Virus record (IMG/VR): IMGVR_UViG_3300003873_000005
Source: an uncultured virus (IMG/VR IMGVR_UViG_3300003873_000005)
Taxonomy: Duplodnaviria; Heunggongvirae; Uroviricota; Caudoviricetes
DNA: 20,015 bases
Reading direction: 5' to 3' (one strand)
Shown here one piece after another: positions 8,687-16,289 of this stretch. The notes under the pieces were generated by a model. That model worked only from the letters and a program-made list of their open reading frames with translations, ran no database searches and was not told the DNA's origin. The translations under genes were made by a program, and so were the position numbers. Within the stretch, counting starts at the first letter, position 1, and the number at the start of each line of letters is the position of its first letter.

Positions 8687-9085
8687 ATGATAGAATCAAT
8701 GGAAACAATAAACAAAGGTAAAGTTATTTGGGCTTATGAACTAGAAGATTCAGACACTGAAGAAATAAAAAAGCAATTACTAAATGCCCAAGGTGAATAT
8801 GATTACTATGAAACTGCAGCTACTATAGAATTAACTGGCGATACTACGGGTAACCTAGTTGAATTCGATGTAACAGTCTCTGACTATCTAACAGAGAAAG
8901 AATGGGTACACTCAATAGACTTAGGTTATATGGTAAAGACTCTTAGAGATCAGTATGAAGATACTAATAAAGATAAGTATAACTTTTATAAAGGTTTAAA
9001 TTGTGTGATTGGACTATCCCCTGAAGATCTTACCCAAAGTGATTTAGACCTTATAAGAGAAGATTTTATGGCTATAAAATTCTAA
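8687..9085 (+). CDS. Hypothetical acidic early protein
   Basis: 132-aa D/E-rich ORF behind cassette E9. Confidence 0.8.
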   Translation: MIESMETINKGKVIWAYELEDSDTEEIKKQLLNAQGEYDYYETAATIELTGDTTGNLVEFDVTVSDYLTEKEWVHSIDLGYMVKTLRDQYEDTNKDKYNFYKGLNCVIGLSPEDLTQSDLDLIREDFMAIKF

Positions 9086-9095
9086 GTAACTTATA

Positions 9096-9118
9096 GAGCC
9101 CTACTATATGTAGGGTTC
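9096..9118 (+). terminator. Stem-loop closing the early cluster (terminator or processing site)
   Basis: GAGCCCTAC-TATAT-GTAGGGTTC just after the stop; no strong U-tract. Confidence 0.5.
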
Positions 9119-9430
9119 AATTAAGATTCATTTAGAAAGGAACCCAAATGTGCGTACAATACTACATTAACAGCCCATAAATGCTCAACCAGTTTTAGCT
9201 TATATTTTATATTTTATATAAAGCTAATGGCCTTGGCATTTCCCAAGTTCCAAATTCCTACCCAATAGTCTTTTATATTATATAGACATACCCTCTATTA
9301 CTGTAGATTTACGTATTACTCTGCACTCATTTTACTATATATGCCCAATCCAATTGATTCATTGCCCGCACGCACATGACAATATAAATATGCCTATGCC
9401 ATTACAGATAGGCCAAGTAACCACGCGCAC

Positions 9431-9539
9431 ACTTGATATATAATATAAATACATAAGGAGATAAGGTGCTAGCGCTCAGCTGGCTAACTTGCCAAATGTT
9501 ATATGCCAAGTGGCTATTAATGAACTTGATATATAATAT
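9431..9539 (+). promoter_or_regulatory. Duplicated promoter motif ACTTGATATATAATAT
   Basis: Exact 16-bp copies at 9431-9446 and 9524-9539, each containing TATAAT, upstream of the 9613 operon. Confidence 0.65.
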
Positions 9540-9612
9540 TATTACGAATCAAAAATAAGATGCTTCTGACAAAAGAAGCCCACAAACTGTCAATCTTAGG
9601 AGGACAAATCAA

Positions 9613-10047
9613 ATGAAAATTACAACTAAAGAGGACATAGTCCAAAAATTTGCACCAATGGTAGCTGACCCTGAGTCAGCCAATGAGGAAGCTGTTACTG
9701 CCCGTACAGAAGAACTTATGAAGTTAACAAAGGCTGAACTTGCTGAAATGATTACTACCAAAGAGGCGATGTCTACATCAGGCATCAAAGTGGGTGACCT
9801 TGCCAAGATGATTCTACAAGATGAAGAGTTTATCACCGCAAGTCATGGTATGGTAGCTGCTGCTATCAGAGAGCTTATCCCCGGAAGTAATACAAGTTAT
9901 AAGTCAATTGCAAGTTATGTCTCCAAAAAGAGAGATGACTGGAACTTGCCAGACAGAATTATGATTAGAACAGCGAGACCAAAAAAAGCCGTATCTGAAA
10001 CTGAAACTGAAACTGAAACTGAAACTGAAACTGAAGAACAAGAATAG
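9613..10047 (+). CDS. Putative DNA-binding (HTH-like) protein with poly-ET acidic tail, paralog of 5318..5677
   Basis: AGGAGG RBS; shared core with the 5318 ORF; (CTGAAA)x6 at 9995-10030 encodes ETETET. Confidence 0.65.
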   Translation: MKITTKEDIVQKFAPMVADPESANEEAVTARTEELMKLTKAELAEMITTKEAMSTSGIKVGDLAKMILQDEEFITASHGMVAAAIRELIPGSNTSYKSIASYVSKKRDDWNLPDRIMIRTARPKKAVSETETETETETETEEQE

Positions 10048-10053
10048 TCACCC

Positions 10054-10067
10054 GGGCCGCAAGGCCC
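10054..10067 (+). terminator. GCAA-tetraloop hairpin after 9613 ORF
   Basis: GGGCC-GCAA-GGCCC; lacks a U-tract, so it may be a stabiliser or weak terminator. Confidence 0.45.
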
Positions 10068-10089
10068 TATACATATTAAGGACATTTAA

Positions 10090-10410
10090 ATGAAAAAATA
10101 CACTGCCATAATCACAGAAAAGACTACTGTTGAAGCCAATTCAAAAGAAGAGGCTTATCAAAAGTTTAATGAAATGGACTTAAAAGCTGAGTCTACAAAT
10201 AGAAAAATTGAAATTGAAGCAACTGTTGGTTATAAACTACACCGTAAAGTACTTAAAAAAGCTACCAGTATTGACCATTTGGGTAACTGCCTTAAGGTTG
10301 ATTACAAAGATAATAAACAGCGAGATAAAGCTCTCAAATTTATAGATACAAATATCTGGACTTATAGTGATGCTTTGGATAATATTATTTATATATATCC
10401 ACTAGTTTAG
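10090..10410 (+). CDS. Hypothetical protein (N-terminal VEANSKEEA motif like 8296 ORF)
   Basis: 106-aa ORF with AAGGA RBS. Confidence 0.75.
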   Translation: MKKYTAIITEKTTVEANSKEEAYQKFNEMDLKAESTNRKIEIEATVGYKLHRKVLKKATSIDHLGNCLKVDYKDNKQRDKALKFIDTNIWTYSDALDNIIYIYPLV

Positions 10411-10418
10411 TCTAACAC

Positions 10419-10476
10419 AGGCCCTCATTAGGGGTGGATTAGGTCCTCCTCAGATAATCCGCCCTAATGAGGGCCT
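10419..10476 (+). ncRNA. Long stem-loop with anti-RBS loop (candidate antisense RNA)
   Basis: Arms 10419-10441 and 10455-10476 pair (22 bp, one bulge, one G.U); loop GGTCCTCCTCAGA is the reverse complement of TCTGAGGAGGACC. Confidence 0.6.
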
Positions 10477-10493
10477 AACTATAAAGGAATTCT

Positions 10494-10766
10494 ATGGGCT
10501 CAACGCTATTTATTATGTTTTTACTATGGCTATTTTTGCCAAGAGAGATATTTAGGGGGGCTCCTTGGCTAATAACTGGCACTACTGCCTGTTATATGCT
10601 GGCATTTTATGGTACTTCCTGGTATGGCCAATTAGGTGTAATGTCTAGTTTTATCATTTATGCAATTTGGACAAGAAATGATAGCAAATTTCATGAATAT
10701 TTAGCATATATTATTATGCCTATTATAGCTGTATTTGGTGAATTTTTAATGCTATGGATTCATTAA
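10494..10766 (+). CDS. Small multi-pass membrane protein
   Basis: 90 aa with 3-4 hydrophobic segments; AAGGA RBS. Confidence 0.7.
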   Translation: MGSTLFIMFLLWLFLPREIFRGAPWLITGTTACYMLAFYGTSWYGQLGVMSSFIIYAIWTRNDSKFHEYLAYIIMPIIAVFGEFLMLWIH

Positions 10767-10811
10767 ATAATTAATGACTGGCATAGGCATCAGGCTTAAA
10801 CTTATCTCATT

Positions 10812-10950
10812 GCCCATCGCTCCGTCACCCTGTCACTCTGTCACCCTGTCACCCATCGCCCTGTCACCCTGTCACCCTGTCACCCCATCACCTTATCACC
10901 CATCACTCGTCACCCCAAACGCCATTGCCATTGCCATTGCCATTGCCATT
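10812..10950. repeat. Degenerate GTCACCCT 8-mer array followed by (GCCATT)x5
   Basis: 8-mer array about 10812-10916; hexamer run 10921-10950. Confidence 0.9.
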
Positions 10951-11635
10951 CAACTATTATAGATGTGACATTTTAAACGAAAAAAGGAGTTAAAATCATA
11001 GGTATGAAAATTTTTTTTAAAAACTTCATTGCCTACAGATTAGTGAAATTTTTTTGCTTTATGGTAAATTAAAATTTTGCATAATTTTTTGTAATTAAAC
11101 TATTTTTACTTATATTAACTGTTATTTTGTGATTCCCAGATCGCTTTTTAAACTTCTTTTTTAGCTTTAATATTGATTTTATAAGCTAAATTTTTTCTGT
11201 AGCTTACTCAAGCCATGATTGTGACATTTATGTTACATTTTAGCACACTTTTAGCCTGTTGCCATGCAGGTAAAATTGAAAAGCCTCCAAGTTGAAAGAA
11301 TTTTTTATGGATTGACGAAAATCTAATACTTGAAAACACAAATTGAAAAAAAATTTCGCTGCCAATTTAAGCTAAAATTAATATTTTAAAAAAAATAATT
11401 AGTTTTTAAAACTTATAACTTGAGTTTATTTCACATTTTTGCAGTAGCACTTGTCTGAGGTTTTAAAACTGCTGCCTGTGTAGCATTAAAGTTAGCTTAA
11501 AAAGATAGCTAAAATGCAACACTTGATACCGACGCTTTTTTAGCAAGAGAATCAAAAAATGCTTCATTAGCTAATTTTTAAAAAATGTAATTAGTTATTT
11601 TAGCTAATAAAGCGCAATCTTAAACTAATATTAAG

Positions 11636-11821
11636 TTTAAGCTTAAATATAGCTTAAATTGAACGTTCAATTTTTTAGTGAAAAGTTCATATACACACAC
11701 CATTAAATTCGTTTGCAGAGCGCTTAAAATTCACACTTCGAAATATTTTTTACTATATGTGTGTATTTGAGTTTATCTAGTATAATTTTCGCTATCAATT
11801 TAAGCTATATCTAAGCTTAAA
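11636..11821. repeat. 27-bp inverted repeat with nested dyads
   Basis: 11636-11662 matches the reverse complement of 11795-11821 at 26/27; inner ATACACACA (11691-11699)/TGTGTGTAT (11758-11766). Confidence 0.9.
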
Positions 11822-12199
11822 ATGACTTCTCGTATGGAAAAGACTAACAAATTGACTAGAAAAATCATTTGAGGTATATTTCCTAACCATATACTAGTGA
11901 CTAAATAAACAATGGAAAACTGATTTCTAGTTTGGAAAAGACTAGTTTTTAACTTGGAAAAGTGCTTTTGACTTCGAGCCCTTTCTATAGAAAAAAATTG
12001 GTCTAAGTTACGTTTAAGCTTTATAAAATAGTAATTTTTTCACTATTTTATAATCTATAACACTAGCACTAATTGCGTTTATATTTTAATAAGATAACTA
12101 AGTTAAGGAGCCACAGATTGAGCAGAGAACTATTAAAAAGACTAAAAAGCATAATTATGTAATACAAAATGTTCAAAAATTTTAACAATCATTTAATCA

Positions 12200-12345
12200 C
12201 AAAATGGCTGGCACTGCCGTGGTAAAATGACAAAATGGCCTGGCACTGCCAGGCCAGTGCCGAGGTAAAAATGACAAAATGGCCTGGCCTGGCAATAGCA
12301 ATAGCACTAGCACTGCCGCTGCAGCAAAATGGCAAATTACCACTA
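12200..12345. repeat. GC-rich TGGCACTGCC/CAAAATGGC repeat island
   Basis: Repeated CAAAATGGC and GGCACTGCC; dyad TGGCCTGGCA-C-TGCCAGGCCA at 12236-12256. Confidence 0.85.
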
Positions 12346-12377
12346 ACACTTCCTGACATTGTCCATAGATTTATGCA

Positions 12378-12437
12378 CTTAACTAAGCTTAACCAAGCTT
12401 AACTAAGCTTAACTAAGTATATATATATATATATATA
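12378..12437. repeat. CTTAACTAAG x4 followed by (TA)10
   Basis: 10-mers at 12378-12417 (one variant); TA run at 12418-12437. Confidence 0.95.
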
Positions 12438-12537
12438 AAAAATAGAAATAAAGTATAGAGCATAAAAGTATAAAGCAAATTTTTCAATTATATTATATAA
12501 TCAAATAATCTAACAAAGGATCAAAGTAACTAAAATG

Positions 12538-12630
12538 AAACTTTAACTATAATTATATTAATAAAAGAGTATAATAGATTTGATTGAAGCAGTGCTATTA
12601 GGATATGCAAACTTTAACTATAATTATATT
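12538..12630 (+). promoter_or_regulatory. Duplicated promoter motif AAACTTTAACTATAATTATATT
   Basis: Exact 22-bp copies at 12538-12559 and 12609-12630 containing TATAAT, upstream of the right-hand gene run. Confidence 0.65.
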
Positions 12631-12669
12631 TAAAGCAGGTATTATTACAAAAAATAAAGGATATGCAAA

Positions 12670-12972
12670 GTGAAAAATGGAATTATAGAAGAGTTTAGCA
12701 TAATCGATTTGATTGAAGCAAATGTTATTATGAAAAGTAAAGATAAGACAAACGTAGCCAATTTTATTAATCTATATAATGTTAAGGCTATTAAATATAG
12801 ATTAACTAGCAAAGGTGGACTTAAAGCTGTATACAGTACTAAAAGTTTAACTGAAGGTTATAAAAAATATACTAAAAATACAAATATAAAACCTGGTTGT
12901 ATAAGAGATAGATTGATAAAAGCAGTTTTAACTTACCTATACAGCGGAGATAGCTGGGTTCATACAAAATAA
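12670..12972 (+). CDS. Hypothetical basic protein
   Basis: GTG start, AAGGA RBS, 100 aa. Confidence 0.7.
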   Translation: MKNGIIEEFSIIDLIEANVIMKSKDKTNVANFINLYNVKAIKYRLTSKGGLKAVYSTKSLTEGYKKYTKNTNIKPGCIRDRLIKAVLTYLYSGDSWVHTK

Positions 12973-12994
12973 AATAAAGCATAAGGAGTACAGA

Positions 12995-13243
12995 ATGGGA
13001 TATAGAAGAAATGGTGCAGATTGCGCATCAGATTTAGGAATAAATACAGAAGCTAGTGGACAATATATAGAAAAACCTTATAAAGTTAGAGTATTAGATG
13101 GCCAAGGCTATGATGATCTCTGTAGTTTTGAAACAAAGGAAGAGCAAATGGCTTTTGTTTCTAAAAAAATAGAGAATGGCTGCGAAATTAGCGGTACAGA
13201 CACTTTTATAGTAGCCAAAATAGTAAGCAGAAATATCAGGTAG
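12995..13243 (+). CDS. Hypothetical protein
   Basis: 82 aa, AAGGAG RBS. Confidence 0.75.
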   Translation: MGYRRNGADCASDLGINTEASGQYIEKPYKVRVLDGQGYDDLCSFETKEEQMAFVSKKIENGCEISGTDTFIVAKIVSRNIR

Positions 13244-13543
13244 AAATTTATTAAGCAGAAATATCAGGTAGAAATTTATTAAGCAGAAATATCAGGTAGA
13301 GATTTATTAGGTAGAAATATCAGGTAGAAATATCAGGTAGAGATTTATTAAGCAGAAATATCAGGTAGAGATTTATTAGGTAGAAATATCAGGTAGAGAT
13401 TTATTAGGTAGAAATATCAGGTAGAAATAGTAGATAGAAATTTATCAGGTAGAAATAGTAAGTAGAAATAGTAGATAGAAATAGTAAGTAGAAATAGTAG
13501 ATAGAAATTTATCAGGTAGAGACATCAGATAGAAATTTATTAA
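13221..13543. repeat. Degenerate minisatellite of 12-15-bp AGAAAT-led units
   Basis: AGAAATATCAGGT, AGARATTTATTARGY and AGAAATAGTA units tile the intergenic gap. Confidence 0.95.
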
Positions 13544-13553
13544 GGAGTATAAA

Positions 13554-13883
13554 ATGAAAAAATTAATCGAAGGTAATAATTACATGGTAATAGAGCCATA
13601 TTATTCAAAAGGGGGCCTAAATTATTTTAGTGATGCTACCGATCCAAGAGGCTATAGTATTATTTTCAATCACAAAGAATTTGAAAATAATTGCACAAAA
13701 TACATACCTATGGATAAATGCAATTTCAGAATATTTGTAAAGAAGACAAAAAGATATTCTAAAAAACAGGAAGAAAAAATTAGCGACTTTATTTACGACA
13801 ATCAAGATAAATTGTTTGATATGTACTCTAAAATGGATAAAAAGGCTATATTTGATTTTTTAAAACAAGAATTTTTAGGCTAA
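13554..13883 (+). CDS. Hypothetical protein
   Basis: 109 aa, AAGGAG RBS. Confidence 0.8.
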   Translation: MKKLIEGNNYMVIEPYYSKGGLNYFSDATDPRGYSIIFNHKEFENNCTKYIPMDKCNFRIFVKKTKRYSKKQEEKISDFIYDNQDKLFDMYSKMDKKAIFDFLKQEFLG

Positions 13884-13886
13884 AAA

Positions 13887-14195
13887 ATGAAAAAATTTGA
13901 AGAGCATATAAACAATATAAAAAATAAGTACTATACTAGTGGAGAAATTGTAGTAGAAGAGGATAAAAATTTTTATTATATTAGTTTTTGGGATAATAGA
14001 GCAAAATTTGATTTTACTGTTTCTAAAAATGAAGCAGCTGAATTTTTGAACAGTATAGAATATATATTTGAACATTTTGACTTCAGTTTTTATTTAGAAG
14101 GAGATTTGAAAAGTATAAAAGACTTATCAGGAGATTTGAAAAGTATAAAAGACTTATCGGGAGATTTGAAAAATATATTAAGGAATAAGTTATGA
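13887..14195 (+). CDS. Hypothetical protein with in-frame 30-bp repeat (GDLKSIKDLS x2.4)
   Basis: 102 aa; repeat at 14100-14172. Confidence 0.75.
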   Translation: MKKFEEHINNIKNKYYTSGEIVVEEDKNFYYISFWDNRAKFDFTVSKNEAAEFLNSIEYIFEHFDFSFYLEGDLKSIKDLSGDLKSIKDLSGDLKNILRNKL

Positions 14196-15001
14196 AAAAA
14201 ATAACAGTTAAAGTAAATAGATATTGGCTTGATACAAGCATACCAGCCGAGGCTGATGAGTATAAAAAAATTGAGACTATTTGTAAAAGCAAAAGGTATC
14301 AATTATTTGATTTTTTAGATTTACCTATCTCGGGTATAAATGATAAAAAGAAAATTGAGTCGGGTGTGTATGAGATAGATACTAAGTATCTTTTCTCAGA
14401 CCAATACAACACAGTACAAACTGATGCCCATATTGGATATAGAATACATGATTGGACAGAAAAAATTTGTGATAACAAGAAAATTAAATCAGGTTATTAC
14501 TTAAGTGAAGAAGAGGATTTACAAGCACTTATAAAGAATATATACAGATGTGGTTGGTGTGGGCATCAATATACTAAAGAAGAGGCTAAAAAAATTAAGT
14601 ATTGTGATAAATGCCGCGATGATTTAAATTTAGGCCCTGAAAGATATAGTTTATTAGTTTTAAAACCTCTTAAATATTCTGGCAAAAAAATAGAAAAGTT
14701 GCCAGAATCTGTAGTTATAGATATATTAAAGCAACAAAAAGAAGCTGCAAAAAAACAACTTGAAAAGAGTAATAAAAGAAAATTAGAAGTATTAGCTCAA
14801 GATATAGAAGATGCAAAAATAGAATATGAAGCGTTCTTATGGCTTATTGATAATGATATACACATTGACAATATTATCTATTATTCACATAGAGATAAGT
14901 TTTGTTTTGGATGGAAGACATCATATAATGAAGAAGAGGAAACTAAATTAAGAGCCAGGTTATCCAATTTTCCATATAAATACTATTTTAATAAGGAGTA
15001 A
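14192..15001 (+). CDS. Hypothetical zinc-ribbon protein
   Basis: CGWCG...CDKC motif plus coiled coil; 269 aa. Confidence 0.8.
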   Translation: MKKITVKVNRYWLDTSIPAEADEYKKIETICKSKRYQLFDFLDLPISGINDKKKIESGVYEIDTKYLFSDQYNTVQTDAHIGYRIHDWTEKICDNKKIKSGYYLSEEEDLQALIKNIYRCGWCGHQYTKEEAKKIKYCDKCRDDLNLGPERYSLLVLKPLKYSGKKIEKLPESVVIDILKQQKEAAKKQLEKSNKRKLEVLAQDIEDAKIEYEAFLWLIDNDIHIDNIIYYSHRDKFCFGWKTSYNEEEETKLRARLSNFPYKYYFNKE

Positions 15002-15004
15002 AAA

Positions 15005-15517
15005 ATGACACAGGAAAAAATTAAACAAGAAATTGAAGAGATCGAAGCAAGAATACAACAAGAATGGGCTACTTGGAAAGAAAAAATCGAAAAGGCTAAT
15101 AGCACAACAAAGCTTGGTGTACCATACTACTTAAAAAAAGAAACAACAATTGATAGTGAGGCACTACATAATATAACACCTGATGAAATAGTAGAAAATA
15201 TGCAAGATTTCAAAGAGGATGTAAAGAATCTGCCGAAGCATTTTGGAGGCAATTACACTACCTGGTATAACTTTTATGATAATGAAGTCTATGACAGTTA
15301 CATAGAATATAGATATAGTACACTACAAAGTCTTGAGGGGGGTGAATTACACAGGATAGCCATTAATAAATATAAACGCTTAATTGCAAAAAGATTAAAG
15401 CCTAAAGGTACACTGACAGCAGCTATGATTGATTGCAAACTGTTCCAAATGTTTTTGAGCAAGGATATAAGTTTAGAACAATTAGGGAAATTAACCTATG
15501 GAGAATGTGAACTATAA
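15005..15517 (+). CDS. Hypothetical protein
   Basis: 170 aa, AAGGAG RBS. Confidence 0.8.
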   Translation: MTQEKIKQEIEEIEARIQQEWATWKEKIEKANSTTKLGVPYYLKKETTIDSEALHNITPDEIVENMQDFKEDVKNLPKHFGGNYTTWYNFYDNEVYDSYIEYRYSTLQSLEGGELHRIAINKYKRLIAKRLKPKGTLTAAMIDCKLFQMFLSKDISLEQLGKLTYGECEL

Positions 15518-15549
15518 AAGTTCAATACTGAACTTTCAAAGGAGAAAAG

Positions 15550-15864
15550 ATGAGTAAGGTATATGAGGAATTAAAAGAAAAGGTATTGCCTTTATTAAGT
15601 TATTATAAAGATGACTTGATTGTTTATGACAAAAAAGACATTGAGAGCAAGCCTGGTTTAGACTTTATACATGGAGCAAGAGATACGGGGACAGATATTT
15701 GGTTTATAAATAACTGTCCAAATATCCCTGACTTTTTATTAAGAAGCACAAATACTGTTTTTCACCTATGTTATAATAGTGTAATAATACCCATAAGTAG
15801 GAAAAATGTAGAAAAAATAGTTAAAATAGTAATGGAAAAAGACTTTAACTTGCACGGTTTATAA
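15550..15864 (+). CDS. Hypothetical protein
   Basis: 104 aa, AAGGAG RBS. Confidence 0.8.
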   Translation: MSKVYEELKEKVLPLLSYYKDDLIVYDKKDIESKPGLDFIHGARDTGTDIWFINNCPNIPDFLLRSTNTVFHLCYNSVIIPISRKNVEKIVKIVMEKDFNLHGL

Positions 15865-15913
15865 GTTTCTAATATAGAATTTTATATATAATATAGTTAC
15901 AAAAGGAAATAAA

Positions 15914-16279
15914 ATGCTAAATTTAACTAAAAATACTCTAACACAAAAACAAAAGGCTTGTGGGATTATTGAGCCCAGTAAATTATTTAAAATAGAGATA
16001 AAAAAGTTACTGCTATTTGATAAGGTTCCTACAAATGCGCAGATAGAGTATAGAGCTGAAAAATTAGCCTATTATGCAGATATAATAATCTTAGGTTCTG
16101 GAAAGTTTAATTCACTAAATGAAAAGAAAGCTTTAATAGATGGTAGTCCATTTTTAATGAGTTCTTTAGAAAGAGCCTTATTTAATAGAAATATAGTACC
16201 TTATTATCTTTTTAATAACAAAGTACTTAAACCTAGTATACCTAGTTATATTAGCGTTATTAAAGCTATACGTAACTAA
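15914..16279 (+). CDS. Csx20-like paralog 2 (divergent C-terminus)
   Basis: LNLTKN..T.KQ...KKALIDGSPFLMSSLERAL...IVPYY aligns with the 4384 ORF. Confidence 0.55.
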   Translation: MLNLTKNTLTQKQKACGIIEPSKLFKIEIKKLLLFDKVPTNAQIEYRAEKLAYYADIIILGSGKFNSLNEKKALIDGSPFLMSSLERALFNRNIVPYYLFNNKVLKPSIPSYISVIKAIRN

Positions 16280-16289
16280 AGGAGTTAAA

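Noticed and set aside
4331..9085. Integron cassette array (attC sites) or CRISPR array
   Set aside because: The repeats lack RYYYAAC/GTTRRRY ends, include the RBS of the following gene, and are separated by whole genes. No integrase or cas genes are in the window.
10419..10476. Ordinary intrinsic terminator as sole explanation
   Set aside because: No U-tract on either side, an unusually long stem and 13-nt loop, and termination would not explain the 12-nt match to the cassette RBS
10494..10766. Holin call
   Set aside because: Hydrophobicity alone is insufficient; there is no charged C-terminal tail or adjacent endolysin
10774..10962. 62-aa ORF from the track
   Set aside because: No RBS; the low-complexity translation is a by-product of the 8-mer and 6-mer repeats
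10960..12669. Hidden genes through stop-codon reassignment, or tRNA genes
   Set aside because: TAA, TAG and TGA all end well-packed genes elsewhere in the window. I saw no RBS-led coding pattern or tRNA cloverleaf by eye; tRNAscan-SE/Infernal would settle the RNA question.
13221..13543. Mini-CRISPR array
   Set aside because: No unique spacers; the whole tract consists of variants of the same short units
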